Source of the DNA: Dicyema japonicum
Lineage: Eukaryota; Animalia; Dicyemida
Assembly: GCA_011109175.1 (NCBI GenBank)
Contig: RDEW01000014.1
Coordinates: forward strand, 682,001 to 746,000
Direction of reading: 5' to 3'
Length of the DNA: 64,000 nt
Both the position numbers and the translations under genes were made by a program. Positions within the stretch are counted from its first letter, which is position 1, and each line of letters opens with the position of its first letter. This document shows, one piece after another, positions 40,646 to 54,899 of this stretch. The notes beneath the pieces are model-generated. The model did not search any database. It saw only the letters and a program-made list of their open reading frames with translations, and was not told the DNA's origin.

Positions 40646-41526
40646 TTTTACCTTGTTACAGCGATGAAGAGAATAATCTTCTCAAATGCTCTTAGAAGCA
40701 ACGTTGGACACCTCACTGCTATATACCGTCAATTTATACGGCCAATATTGACCAAGTGATCGTGATCAATGACCATTTTCCGTTTTGGATCACAATCTAG
40801 GAAGCTGCCAACAGAGAAGTAATTCAGATTCCGACTTTGAAGCATATAGTTGAACGGCAACTAAAATTTATGAGAGTGACCAACCTACCAAGCCGCTCCC
40901 TCTACAACACCTTTATCTTATACCTCAAAAGCCACCCAAGATATGAAACACTCCAAGCCCGTTATAGATAAAGGACCAAGATAATCATCCTCACCGGTTT
41001 CGACCGCCTCTTATGATCACTTAGTTTGCTTTAACCTAGCAATCCCGTGGCTATAATAATAGCCCCGTAGCTAATCTTATAATAATTTCAATTTATGAAC
41101 GGCTTCGAGAGCGTATAGCCATTGTCATAGGAAACAACATGACCATTCAAGTCCCTAATTAAGTGTTCTTTTAACTGTTTAACATTTTACATTAAAAAAT
41201 TCAAATTAAATTACTGACAATTTACTCTCCTATATAAATTAAATACTAAGACAGATCAAAACCAGGCATATGTCAATGTAACAATTCGACCAAGTACAGT
41301 TAACAGTAAAAATCAAATATAATAAGATTACATTCCAGCTAGCCCAATAACTATATAAATTTCGTCAAAAATTCCCGCCAAATCGAATATTCAGGAATTA
41401 TAGTTTCACAGGCTCGAATTGTTTACGAAAATTAAGTCACGCATTATGAGATAGAAACAGCAATAGTCACACCAAGAACAGATAATGAAAAAAACTCAGA
41501 AATTAATTAAAAAGAACAATGGAATG

Positions 41527-42048
41527 TTACTGATTTCCAGGATTTCCACGGTTCTGAAAAAATAAGTATAAAAACAACAATTTTATTCTCATAAGCTGTA
41601 GGAGCCCCAGCAGCCGCGTCTTTTTCAACATCTTTTAAATTATTGGATTCCTAAAACCTGTTCTGTAGGCTGAACGGTCTTCTTCTGACTTTAAGGTGCT
41701 AGCCTGTCCAATCTTCTGAGCCTTTGCAGCGTCTCGCTTGGCTTGAGTCATTAAGGTGGCTGGCATCACATCTGCTGGTAAGTGAAGGAAGTTTCTGAGA
41801 TATTGGATTCCATCATTTGTGAGGACGTAGTAATAATGCTGCCAGTTGTGCTTTCTTGTCACAAATTTCCGAGATTCTAGTGACTAATTAATGAAACATG
41901 TGCAAAATACCTGCATCTTTTTGAGTACGTGAATGTTAGGTATTTTCAGCGTTTCGTTCGTTATCCTGGAGTTTACTGAAACTGCGATAACGCCATTGTT
42001 AAAGACATATTCATAAATAGCCCTCTCGTTACATTTTGGCATAAGCAT
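41527..42048 (-). CDS. RPS10: 40S ribosomal protein eS10, 4 exons
   Basis: MLMPK..AIYEYVF..G; IPNIHVLK.MQSLESR.FV..NWQHYYYVLTNDGIQYLR.FLHLP. Introns 41884-41910 (27), 41632-41657 (26) and 41554-41578 (25). Confidence 0.93.
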
Positions 42049-42219
42049 TTTTCAAAACAGAACACCACAAAGATCAAATGTTACACGTGAACTGAAAAAT
42101 ATTTATTTTAATTTTTGATTAATATTCATTAATTTAATTTAATGGTTTAAATTTTTCTTTTAATTCTTTAATATATCTGTAAATTCATAGAATATCAAGG
42201 AAAGAACTTATGAATAATA

Positions 42220-42495
42220 ACCACGTGGTGCTATGTAGCTACTTGGTTGAAGATTTATCTTACTTTCTTCTGTTTATCTTTTCCCTTGTACTCTTAGAGT
42301 GCTGTCATTTGATCCACCTGTCTACGGTGGCGCCCTGTGCTAGACTGGTAAGAAAAAGGATCATTTGCTCTCCTCCACTTTACTGGATGGGCCTCTACAT
42401 TTACAATGACTTTTTTTCCATTGGTTCTGGATGGACTTGTATGACATTGGAAGGACTTACTGCTTTTATGACCGTGGGAACTGGAAACGCTTAAC
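42220..42495 (+). mobile_element. SINE family B body
   Basis: aaaaaggatcatttgctct and ttggttctggatg blocks are shared with other B copies. Confidence 0.6.
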
Positions 42496-42868
42496 TAAAT
42501 GTATTATGAGTTTATAATTAAATGCATATATTTAAACCCTGGTACTCAAGAAACTTTGAGGGGGATGATTTTCTCAGAAATTAGAGATGCGAGGTATAAT
42601 ACTTAAGGAAGGGATCAAGAAAATTTACTCTCGAACGGGTAGCGAAGAATTATATGAGCTCCATTGGAATTCAAGTACCAAGAGGAAATGGACTGTGATA
42701 CAATGGTACAATCTCATAGTTGCCAAAAAGGAAACGTCTCCTTTAGAACATATTTTAGTTAAAGATTGAATCAATAATTTCTCTCCAGCAAATTTTCACT
42801 TGTATATATTCAAAGATTATGCTGGTTACCTCGCTTAATAAAATATCTCTGAAAACGCGATATTATAA

Positions 42869-43180
42869 TTGCAGTGTAACGGTTGCCGGTCAAAAGGCCT
42901 TAAGGTCGCTAGTTCGAATCCCGATACTGTACATTTCGGTTAAAAGTTCCACGCATCTCTATGCTTTGGCTTGACAAGTGATGCCGTCATCAGTGAACAT
43001 TTCACTGCGGAACCGGATCGTCTATATAAGGACATACACCCAAGAAAAAGAAAAAACAAAGAAGTGAAGAGCATTCCTTGATTCTCCCTCATCGATTAGC
43101 TATGATAACTGTTCTTTGCTTAAAATAAAGAGTGTGTTCTGCCTGAGAGGAGCGATAGCTGATATGGCACCTCGGGAAGT
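42869..43180 (+). mobile_element. SINE family A copy
   Basis: B-box agttcgaatcc, with conserved body and tail. Confidence 0.8.
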
Positions 43181-44069
43181 GCATTGATTTTTGTTCAACG
43201 TTAGTTGGCTCACATAAATTTGGAGAAGTAAAGCATTCTGGATTACTTGGAGAAGTATAGTTTCCATCCATTTCCTACAGGAGACAAGGTGATTGAACGA
43301 TTTGAAGAATATTGTGGGAAATATCGGCTTTCTCCCCAGTTAATCAGAACACTATAGCCTTGAAATTTGCCATAAAGAACGACTTGACTTCCAAGATATG
43401 ATCTATTGAGATTGGGGTTCTACATTTCAAAGGATTTTAGGAAAATATTCAGAATGGACCCAGCAAACAAGACTACGGAGGAATGTTTTAGTTTTGATAC
43501 TTTTCAATTTCGTGGACAATTTTTTTAGTCAACTGACGTGATTGAACTAAATAAAAAATCATCAGTAGCATCGAAAGTTTCTCCAAACTCCATGCCTAAT
43601 CTTAATAAGCTTATGAAGTTCTATGTGAATACCAAATACCCAAACCTGGGACATTGCCATGCCGTAATGGAAGGGTTCAATGTCTCGAAAAATAGTTTTT
43701 GAGCAAACCGAAGTATGTGATAGTATTTGGCTTATGAAAAACTCGTTGTCTCGAAGATCAGGTAATATTTCCATTACCAAACTAAACACTTGGGAGCAAT
43801 TGCGATAGGAAATTACCCAGATAATTAATTTGTGGGTCGACAAAAACAAGACCCGTCCCAATTTTGAAGCAAAACAAACCACTCCCAATTTTTCCTTTAT
43901 CAACCGGACTTCATTAGCCCATTTCCTGTCGATAAAATATATTTCGCTGATCTCTAAAAGTGAAATATTCTGATATTATGCTCCCACCTCATATTTCATT
44001 TTAGGGATTATACATTTTGGACATTACCCCCAAGTTCCCTTATCGCCACATTGTGCTAATAATTTTTTT

Positions 44070-44690
44070 ACTAATCGAGTGGTTTAATGAAAATTGAATG
44101 TCAATTAACACCGAAAAATCTGTTACAACTCTCGCTATCTCGGACAAAAGATTGTCCAACAGGACAATAGAAGTTACTGCGGAGGGAAGAAAATTGCCTT
44201 TCAGAAAATGGCAAAAAAGTATTGTTTTAACTTTGGATACGCATATGAACTTTTCGAGACACGTCACTAACGTGCTGAACAAATGTGAGAAGAAAATCAA
44301 CCTTCTGAAATGCCTAACAGGTCTATGGAAAATTGGACATTACCCTATACTTAAAACGCTCTACTCACAGTACATCGAACCATGCATTTCATATGCGTGT
44401 GCTTCATGGGGTCCACTGGCTTCTTTTACGAACATTCATAAAATTTCCGCAACCCAGAAAAGGGCCTTCAAACTAACTGAAAAATGGTATACAGGGGAAA
44501 ATATCAAATCACGACGCCCTTGAAGACACTACTTGAAAAAAACAAAAAAGGACACTAATGCCAAAAAGGAAGTGCTCGCCCGCAGCGAACTTGTGTAGGC
44601 TCAGGGATCAACACTGAGCAAAAATGAGAACCATGATTCAATTCGTCGGGATCACTTTGTTAGTTTTTCGGTTTAACAGTGGTTTTTGGA
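44070..44690 (+). mobile_element. Jockey/I-like LINE 3' fragment
   Basis: YIEPCISYACASWG..TQKRAF and the shared cgggatcac terminus. Confidence 0.8.
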
Positions 44691-44709
44691 ATTAATTTTA
44701 ATTTTTTAA

Positions 44710-44840
44710 CGAAAAAGGATCATTTGCTCTCCCCCACTCCACTGGAGGGGTTTCCACAACTGCAACTATGGACTCTTTTACCCTTTATGCTGATTCCGGA
44801 TGGACTCTTTCTGTAGAAGTGGAAACTGGATACACTTAAT
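44710..44840 (+). mobile_element. SINE family B 3' fragment
   Basis: gaaaaaggatcatttgctctcc..actgga block. Confidence 0.55.
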
Positions 44841-45214
44841 TAGTTGTTTACTTTAACTTCTTTCTCGGTGTATCCGGGGTTAATAAATACTACTTACCTC
44901 TAGACCTTTCTCCTCTTAGAAGAGGAGTCGTTGACCTGAACCCCATCCGTTTTTACCAACATGCTCTCCAACGTTTTTTGGAGACAACGGATTAAATCTA
45001 TGATCTAGTTGGTGCGTCGATTGTGATGGCTCCAAGTGATATTTATAAGCCTTGAAAACGACACCGTCTCACGTCAAAACAATAGGAATGACTTCGATTG
45101 GAGGACAAAATTATATTTTTATCAAAGATTTAGAAAATTGCACCTTTCAGTTTTAAGAGGTTTTTTAGAACGCGACGTTTGCGCATGATTATGCATTTTG
45201 TGATTGTCCTCAAA

Positions 45215-45685
45215 GAGATTATTATTGTTATCAAAAAGCAGTCCCGAGAAAACATAAAATTAGTTAAGTTTCCCTTGTGCCGTATTCCGAATCATTCCGT
45301 CAGCTTTGACCATGATCTTCCGTTGTGCACTAGTTCTCTTAGGTAGTCCAGGTCGTCCGCCATTTCCATTATAATATCAGACGATGTCCACACTCTTGTA
45401 CGTAGTGAATCAGGTCCTGATGGACTGCAAATCCGAGACCATAATGTCAGCAAGGCCGACGGGAGAGCATAGAGGTGGAATTTTCCAAACAGTCTTGTAT
45501 ATTGCACGGTCGTTTTTGTCTCTTGTAGACAGAGACGTCATATTTGTTTAGATCGCATGCCAGTTGGTGTTTCTTGTAAGGTTGCATAAGTCCTCTGCAT
45601 TTGAAAGATCCAAGAGTGAACGGAGAAGTCGGTAAGGAATACGAATAAGACATAGTGCAATAGAGGTGTCGTCACCACCTCAACC
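45215..45685 (-). mobile_element. Bipartite non-autonomous RTE derivative, copy 2
   Basis: Same length, ends and internal junction as 10495-10970. Confidence 0.75.
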
Positions 45686-46769
45686 AGAAAAAATATTAGT
45701 TCAAATCCTTTTTAAATATTCATTTAACTATTTCTGTATAGTTCAAAAGGCTAAGGGACAACTCACCTGTAGGCGACTTCGAGAGTGTATCTCGATAGCT
45801 ATCAAAAAAATTAAAAATTATTCCAAAGACCAAGAGAACCAAACTAACTAACTCTTTGATCCTGACTCGTTCCAGCGTTCCATAACTTGTCTCCAGGTAA
45901 CGACATTGTCTCCGGAGAAAGAATAGTGGATCCTCTTGATGCCGGCCAGGCATTGGGCGTCTCCTCAGTAAGGTGGATCCAATGACATCATCGAAGGGAG
46001 GGAAAATTATAGCCACATAGCGCCACATGGCACCACGTGGTAAACGTTAGTTATTTATCTCGATAGCAATCGTCAGAGGAAACATTATGGTCATTCAAAC
46101 CTCCCTAAATTAAGTGCTCTTTTTAACATTTTTTAATAAAAATAAATAAATGATTTTTCAATTCTTAATAATATTTCGGATCGAACTAATTGGGATTAAA
46201 AAAAACTTTAGAAATTTTCTTATATTCTTTACCATTTTGATATTGTTATATCTTAACTACAGAACTTTCAGTCGCAAAATGTGCGATCACCAATTTTGGA
46301 TTTTTCTTTCTTTGTTCCTTTATGTTATCCCCAAAAACTCACTCCAAAAGCTCAAAGTATTCGATAATCCGTCACTTAGGGAGTAGTCGTCGACTTCCTA
46401 ATTCAAAAGAACATCTAAAGATGCAATTCGCATGCCAGGAAATACTAGATGCATATACATCCCTTTTTTGAGAACACTCTGTCAACTCAAATATTGAACC
46501 ACTTACTTCGCGGTGTATCTTGCTTTTTGAAAATCTATTACTATCAAACGTCTTACGAACCTCAAATTCAATGACCAATTCTGTGAACAAACAATTCTAT
46601 CCGTCTGCCACATTGGGTTTGATGTCGGCTTCCCTCAGATCTAGCTGGCCTCATATTCCTCTCTTCTTGGAACTATATTCAATCTTTAGTTAAGATGATT
46701 GATTTTTCATCCCCTTAAACTGAGTCACTACGGATTACTCAGATGTGGATAATTTTTTAAGTATTAGTC

Positions 46770-48900
46770 CTGTTATTATTATTTAAGCACTTCACAAGAG
46801 CCATACTAATTATAGCCCCGCATGTGCAGCAAAAGAAACATGGTTATATGTCATCCTTTTCCATGCTCCTCTGTTCCTAGCCAAGGCTCTCATTCTGTCC
46901 AGGTCGTCGGCATTTGTTAGATTTTTTTTATACTGACCAGGTCTTTTTATAAGACTATTGGCAGTGTTGTTCTTGGTCTTCCCCGATAGCGGCCTTCTTG
47001 ACTAACATAGTATGTTTCCATAGATATGTTCGGTGGGTAAGTTAATTCCATCCTCAGCACGTGTCCGAAGAGCTCCATCGGGATTCCAGTACTTCTAAGC
47101 TGATAGGTCTAGTGCTGCATCTCTTATATAAAGCATTCCTAGATATTCTCGTAGGTCAAGTATTTCCTGTTATTTTTCTCAGCTGACCTCTGTGGAACGA
47201 GTCTAGTTTTTCATATCCGCTGATGAGGTCGCCCAAGTTCCAGCGTTATATAAAAGTACGGGTTTTATGAATGAGTCGTATAGTAGGATTCTCATTTTCG
47301 TGTCGATGCCTTTTTGATTGAGCCATAAATTCTTCAGTTTATATAACGCAGCATTGGCTAGAGTTTTCCTACGTAAAATATCTTCGCTATCTCCCATAAG
47401 TGAACCGAGTTTCTTTACTTGTCGCCACTTCTCTTCTAGGACGTTACTCATCCTTCTTATCTCTGTGAGTTCTGTTTTTCTCTGTTCACAGTAAGAAACC
47501 ATTTCCCTAGTACATCTGGTGCTTTTTCTAATAGGTTTTCCAGGACCTCTTTGTCTTCAGAAATTAGGTCTACATCGTCCGCGTAGATTACTTCTTCCGT
47601 CTTTCCTTGGTATGACGGTCTAAGTTCCCTCATAGCGGCTTCCAAATAAATTGTGAATAGTAGAGGAGAAAGAGAGTCTCCTTGTGGAGTGCCCGTATTT
47701 GTTTCAAATTTTCTTGAATAGGTTTTCCGACTCTCACAAGGAGCTCAGTGTTAGAAAGTAGAATTCGGATCATCCTTAGACTCGATTCATCAAGAAATCC
47801 GCCCAGTACCCCCATTAATTTGTTCCTGTTAACCGTATCAAAAGCTCTTGATAGTCAATTCCCAAAATATTGGTGGCGTTACGGTATCTTTGATATGTTG
47901 CACACCTCCATCTGTGACTCCAGACCGCATCAGCTGTGGATCTCCCTTCTCGAAAACCACTTTGACTATCTGGTAGGTATTTGTAAGCAGTCCTTTTATT
48001 CGTTCAAGCACAATGTTTGCCAAGACTTTGCGTAATGAATTTAGTAGTATGATGGGTCGCAAATTTTCGAGCGGTCCTCTGTTTTTGTTAGTTTTTTGTA
48101 TGGGGATTAGTAGTCCCGTACCCAGAGGTAGAGTTGAGTTAGTTGAAAACATTTCATTTAGTAGTGTAGCGATTTTTTCAAAAAGGAGGTCAGGGCCGTA
48201 TTTCAGTAGTTCTGGGTTTATCGCATCTGGTCCGGGGCTTCTGTTATTCTTGAGTTTTCGGCAGGCCGTTTTGATTTCCTCGGCCGTGATTGGTATCTTA
48301 AGGGGTCTTGGCCTTCCATCAAATGGGTGGATTTCTATGGTTTTGATGTTGAAAAGCTTCTCAAAGTGAGCCGCGATGGCTTCAGTTTGTTCTTTGGTGT
48401 TCAGTATCAGCTTACCGTTCTCGTCTTTTATGGTTAGTCGACTTCGGTTTGTTCGCCGCAGCAAACGGGCAGCGACGTACACCTGTGCGTTGTCTTTCAC
48501 TTTGTTTACTTCTTCTATACAGGAGGCTATTTCTTCTATGAAAAGCTTCTTGTTCAGACCCTTTATTTTTCTTCTGACACGTTGTCTTTCGCCTTGAAGG
48601 GCTTTTATCGCATTAGTGTCAGTGGCATTTGATTTTCTCATATTTATTTCTTTTAGACTTTTCGCAAGCTCAGGAACATCTGGATGAATAGCCTTCAGGT
48701 GCATTTTACTATTCTCCCTTTTGCCAAGACATGCTTCAGCAGCTTCGTTGATGGTGTGGGTTCGATTAGTCCTGTTGTGGGTTCGATTCTCAAATCGCTA
48801 CGTACCTGGTCAAATAATTTTTTATTCCTCTTTGCCTTTTCCGAATTCTATGGGCATTATGTGATGTTCTTGTCATATGTACCCAGTGCTGGCCGATATC
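46770..48900 (-). mobile_element. 5'-truncated RTE-type LINE (second family)
   Basis: LKNNRSPGPDAINPELLKY, LRPIILLNSLRK, IYADDVD, PVLLYNAGTW and an (AAT)n tail. Confidence 0.9.
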
Positions 48901-48995
48901 AAAAAAATTTTTAACTTCCCTTTCCACTGAATGAATTTCACAATGGCGGACGTTTTTTGGAAGGGATGCATCATACTCCGACCCTGGGTACTGAA

Positions 48996-49212
48996 TATAA
49001 TAATACTGCACTTTACGCAAAGCCATATTACCTATAGCTCCTCCCAAATAGGAAACACACTTTATTCAAGTGAAGAACAGTTATCATAACTAATCGTAGA
49101 GGGAGAACCAAGGACTGCTCTCCACTTCTTTTTTCTTTTTGTTGCATGTGAATTCTTTTTTAGACGACCCAGTTCCGCAGTGTTCACTAATGACGGCGTC
49201 ACTTGTCTAGCC
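48996..49212 (-). mobile_element. SINE family A, 5'-truncated copy
   Basis: Body and tail ggagctataggtaatatggctttgcgtaaagtgcag. Confidence 0.8.
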
Positions 49213-49259
49213 AACTACTGGATATACTCTAATATATGTTAATTAACTCAACCTATCTT

Positions 49260-49897
49260 AGTTAGTTAGCTAGTTAAGTAACCCCAGACTCACTAGCTTG
49301 TAGAAGGTCAGCAGCTAGTAAGTAAGAGGCAGCAGATGTTGATCGCTCCCATAGATCGGTCAGTCCCGGCATTGTGGAAAAACGTTGTGCCAATTCTTGA
49401 CATTGAAATAGGTCAAAAGGGACAGAGAATATCATATGTTGGTAGATGTGGGTGGTGCCCACATCGTAGACGAGCCAGGTTTACTCTGACGTCCCTTGGA
49501 AGAGAGGATTCTGATTGGTCTATTGGAGGAGGGGGTCGTTGTAGTATTTTATTGTCTCCGAGTCTTCGGATGATTCTCGTAAAAACAAAATCGTGTATCT
49601 GTTTCAGACGACTCCTGTCATTGGGGCTGGAAGGATGGATGATAACATTCAAGACAGGTCACTGGTTGTCATAATTTTCCTTTTGTTTTGCGGTTTGCAT
49701 AGAGAGTGGCAGGGATGTTCTAGGCTGTAGGCTTGGAAGAAGAACTGCAGGGCTCTCATTTCTAGATGGTCTCCAATTGGGAGGATCTTTGAATCCCAAT
49801 GTAGATGATCAACAGGAGTTGATCTGAGACATCCAGTAATTGTCCTAAGCGCGATGCTTTGTACTTTTTGTAGTTTGTCAATAGAAGTAAGAGAGGC
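49260..49897 (-). mobile_element. LINE 3' fragment paralogous to 25715-26450
   Basis: PPPIDQSESSLPRDVRVNLARLRCGHH. Weaker relatives lie near 50700-50960 and 53050-53280. Confidence 0.75.
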
Positions 49898-52320
49898 ATT
49901 TTAGTTTATCCTTTAAAATAATTTCTTAATATTTTAATAAATAATTTAATTATTTAAATTAGCACAAACTCGTGCTCATAACGTTTTGATGTAAGGCACA
50001 TAAAATTGCCTTCTTGATTGGATAGGTTTCGCTTGTGTGCTATATTATCATTTGCACATTTTAATACCTTCTACTTGAAGGCTATGCTTATGTGTTACAT
50101 TAATAATTAGTTTAATAAAAAATCATAGTTGCCGACTCGAAATATTTATGACAGAAATTTTTATAACATAATTTTTTCAAGGATAGACTATTGTCACAGA
50201 ATTAAGTGAGTATTAAGAGAATAAATAATTGATCATCAATATAAATTAACTAAAAGATCTACTGGGTTTTTCAGACGTCATGATTTCTGAGTGTAGCTAG
50301 TCGTCCCTGACTCTTAAAAAAGACTTCTTGTTCTTCTTACTAGTTGTCAATAGCACAGAACGTGAACGTGAACGGATGTTTAAGATTTTGTTAACATATT
50401 TGTAGTTGAGTGTTTTATATGTAGATTTCAGCAATATGTTTCAATTTTAGATTTTACAGGTCAAATAAAGAAAACAAAAGTTCAATTAAAATTTAAGATT
50501 TGATTGATAATCGAATCAGTAGTTTTTCCGCTTTGACTTTAGGATTGAAAAAATCTTGTACAAGTCAAAATGTCATAAAAATTCAATATTCGTTAATAAA
50601 CTACGATTTAGCTTAATTTTATGATTGAACATTTAATTTGTGCAAAATTATAACCATAACGACGCTAACCTCTACCAAATAGATTACATACTGTTAATAG
50701 TATTTGCCTTCAATATTCAAGTCTACAAGTGACCAGCCATCGAAGACAACAAGATACTGGAGCGCAGACCTCTTGACATTAGCGCTTCAGAATTACTTCT
50801 TCCGAGTGGTGTCAGAGTGAAACTTGCTCGTTTATGATGCGGACATCATCGTCTCTGACTGGGATAGAAATTCGGGATCTCTCTGCCTGTACTGGACCAT
50901 TAGGGCTCGACGTGAATAATGGATCTCTGGGAGAGTCCTGTCTTGGTGAACAGTTTACTAGAATGTACTTTAAGAAAAGTGATTAGCGTAATCACATAAG
51001 GCGAGTCCTAGGAATTGTGAAACCTGAGTTAACGAGTACTAGGAATTTTGAACAATTTTTTGATGGTCTTGGGTTTAATAAAACCAAAATTATACATTGA
51101 TTTCCAAATTTTTTGAAATCAAGTCAATTTCTTAGTTATTTATCAAAGTGCTACTTTATTTCCTTCAAAACCTCCAGTGATCCGAACAATCATTAAATTT
51201 GTTACCGAAGAAATTGGAATAACTATGGAAAAACGCTTTATGGACTTACTAAAGCGTCTATAAAAGGCGGAAGAGTTTTCATAGTGGAAATCTTCAACAG
51301 CAGAGTTGTCAGGGGAAAAAGTAGAAAGACCTTTTTCAACCACTGTATCGTGCCAGGACTCAATACTTCACGGATGGGATCCAGTTGACGAGAAAAATTC
51401 ATAAAACATCATCAGACACCATCGTACAGCCAAGAAGGCCAGTGCACTTTTTAAATTTGGTCATGTGTGGGTCATGGCGTAATACTATCACATGCTGTTA
51501 CACGAAAATTAGAATTGTAAAGCCTTCATTGAAGATATCATAAATGCTGAAGTGAAAAGTGCTAAATCTCTTCTTCAGACTGATGTGGAACCGACCACTT
51601 AAACCAACTATTCTGTGAACTTAGATTTTGAAAAGTTAATTACAAAATGGATAAGTCTGGATTTCCGTTCTTATGTCTGATCTTGTAGTTCTCTGTTTTA
51701 CCCTTCTTTGTTTTTTCCTTTCCTTCTCTGTTGAACCAGAAAATTACCGACATAACCATAATTAAAAAAATCAGGTGATCCCGTCGTCCCTCAGAAGTCT
51801 TCGCATGCTCAGACATGAAGGAAGTGCCATCCAGGGGGAACTCTTCTGGATTGTTGGTGACTAATGATTCTTGGAGCCAAAGGAAGAGGAGGAACAGAAA
51901 AAACAAATAAAAATCTTCAATTCAAGTAGCATCACACTAACGTTGGCACCACGTGACATAGTTGTTTAACTCTGAGTATTAGGATTAAATCCTCGGACGT
52001 TATCTCCTTCATCATTATTCTTCATGGAATGGAATCAGCGAAAAAGACGAGGGGGTCACGTATGCATTTAAGAGAATTTTTAATGTACTTCATGAACAAG
52101 GACTTGAAAGATTTTTTAATATATCCTTGATAAAGCAAATGAGCGACACCACAACAGGTGAACCGCATGACACTCCCTTCTCATTCTCCTTTCAGAAAAG
52201 TCCAAGAGAAACCATGGCCGCGGTTCCCTGTGTTTCTGCAAAGAACCAAGAAATCCATTGAGCAATGCGGTAATAATTGATTTGAACCATTGAATAATAA
52301 TTCACGTTAAGTGAAAGCTT

Positions 52321-53048
52321 GTCCATTCAAAATGGCATCTATTCAAAGGCCTTCAATTAATTTTGTCAAGTTTTAGACAATTTCACTAAAAAAATCACGA
52401 GATTTTACTAAAACGACATCCTTAGGTAAAAAAGTCATCTTTTTAAAAATTATAAAAATTGATTTTAATTTGTCTTACTAGTAAATAGAACAGTTTACTA
52501 GGTTTTCGACATCTTTAGGTAAAAAGGTATCTTTTTTAAATCTTATAGAAATTGATTTTAACGGGTCCGATGGTTAAGTGGCACATTTTATCATGGTCCT
52601 CGACATCTTTAGGTAAAAAAGTCATCTTTTTTAAATCTTATAAAAATTGATTAATGGGTATGTAGGACATTTAATAAACTGCACGACATCCTTTGGTTAA
52701 AATGTCGTATTTTTTAATATTTTTATTTTTATACAACTTTAGAATGAAAGATTTATTTTATACAGGAGAAAAGGAAAATAATTATAAATGTTAATAGAAT
52801 ACATATTCTATTAAATTGAATATATATGATCAATTCCATAATAAGCAACATTTGTTCTATAAACTTGGAGGACTTTCGTAAAATATGGCACTTAACCATA
52901 GGAGCCGTTAAAATCAATTTTTGTAAGATTTAAAAAAGATGACTTTTTTACCTAAAGATATCAATCACAGTGTAAAATATCTCGTGTTGTTTATTGATGA
53001 ACTTGTTTAAAACTTGAAAAAAATAAATTGGAAGCCATTTTGAATGGG
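52321..53048. mobile_element. Foldback/MITE-like element with long inverted arms and internal ~93-bp tandem units
   Basis: Termini ccattcaaaatggc / gccattttgaatgg. Unit cgacatc.ttaggtaaaaaagtcatctttt at 52414, 52507, 52601 and 52684, and inverted near 52905-52960. Confidence 0.75.
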
Positions 53049-53770
53049 AACCGTGAAAAGAGTTATTAAACATAGAAGAGATACGGTCACCACGTGGGTC
53101 TCAATGCCTACCTGTACAAGACCGGGGAGGCAAAGTCTCCATTCCGCCCTTCATGTAATCTTGATGATCACGAAATAGATCAATTTTTCTCGTTCTCAGA
53201 CCCACCTTTCCCGTGTGGGATTAACCTTTTGGATTTCTGGGAACGTCCCTCATTGGTATGCTTTTGTTAACCACCGATTTCCCTCACTTAAAATTACCGG
53301 GAGAAAGAGATTCAGTAATTTGTTAATAATGGTTCTTAAATACTCTAATTGAGTTATTTGGGGCCACATGACATCTGGAGCGATTTGACGCGCGTCCTAA
53401 TGGTCGACACCTTACTTTATGCAACGAAAATGTGGTTAATAACTCAACAGCGTCCCAACTAAGTGAGTCGAGCGAATCCGACAAGAATAGGATCCTGTAT
53501 TGTTTTTCTCGTTGAGCATGGTATTATCTCAAATTTTAAGGCTGTTTCAATGTATCTGAGAATGATAAAGGGAGACGTTTGGCATGTTGATGCCCTTATG
53601 ATTTTTCGTTATCGTTAGAGCAAAAATACTTCAAGAAGAATGGACCCGAAATTAGGTGCTAAAAATCTGTTGGTGGTTTCCTTATTTACTATTTAAAACG
53701 AAGAAAGGTTTAATAATTTCTTTGAAAAATGTCCCAATATGAACGAAGCTCACCAAGCATCAACATAAAC

Positions 53771-54568
53771 TCAGATCTCCTCATCATCAAAATCATGAGG
53801 AGGAAAGTCCCCAATGGTGACGTCACTTGGGCGAACAAACCCTCCATATTTGTCCTCACACTGAAAATATCTTTTACCCCCAACACTAAAGTAGTAGACT
53901 AAAGCTACCTTCCGTCGTTTTTACCATAAGGCAAATCATAAATAATTCCAACCCAGTAACCATTCGAGAACTCCGTCGAACCTGAAATACAACAAAACGA
54001 TTACCTTTAAACGCGACAGTCCCGAATCGAGTGGGCTGTCCCGAAACTTTCACTTTGCACCTAAACTTTAATTTTTACTGAAAACCGGTCATTAATGTTA
54101 ATTTTTTCCAGCAATTCCTCGTTGTGTGACTTTTTTATCTGATCGTCCTCAGAGAACCGACCAAATTTATTCTTCATCTTGAATTGCAGTAAACTTTCCC
54201 CTCGACTCTCATATGCCTCTTGGGGGAGTTCGAACTTTTCTACCTCATCTTGCAAAATATTCACAGCGGTGGACTCAACCTTAATAAAAACAGTCAAAAT
54301 ACGTCCAAAATCATGTTATTTTGTATGTCCAACGTATTTAAAATGACAGAATCGTCGTTTAAATTGTAAAGAACCACATTTTCATCGGTTTTTAGAGTCA
54401 GAGTCATGTCCTTTGAATTTATAGCCACTATCAGTTCTAGTCTGTTCTATTTGATTTTAGTTGATTACTTACTTTAAGTTCATTAACTGTTATATGAGTC
54501 GGAAAGGTTTTTTTATATTCAAACAAAGTCGAAGCATGTTTGATTGAAAGATTTACGTAACCAGACAT
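53771..54568 (-). CDS. TBCB: Tubulin-folding cofactor B (Ubl + CAP-Gly), 6 exons
   Basis: TVNELK|[35 protein letters not shown]|[23 protein letters not shown]. Introns 54447-54472, 54280-54302, 54061-54085, 53982-54004 and 53886-53908 (23-26 nt). Confidence 0.95.
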
Positions 54569-54899
54569 GGCGACGAAATTTTATTAATAAAATTAAATTA
54601 TTAATTATTTTTGATTTCATAAAATTTAATAAAAATAAATCTCTAAAATATTTCTTTATTGGAAATTGTTAATTAATTTTTTTACCTTAAAAAAATTAAT
54701 TAATTTTATTATTTTTCTAAGAATTTTTTACAGATTGTTTTTATTAAAAAATATAAAAAACTGTTAATTAAAATATTAACATTTCTATATTTAACAACCA
54801 CATTAATCAAATAACAGTAAATAAGGAAACCAACAACCACATCTTAAGTTCTAATTTCGAGTCAATGCCACGTTCCATTAAAACAGTCCCCTCTATAAA

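Noticed and set aside
25715-49897. Two LINE 3' copies sharing one truncation point (a non-autonomous family)
   Set aside because: The 25715 copy extends about 50 bp further before a TIR element interrupts it, so the boundaries differ.
52414-52710. CRISPR-like array
   Set aside because: Eukaryotic context, long degenerate units, no cas genes, and it is part of an inverted-repeat element.
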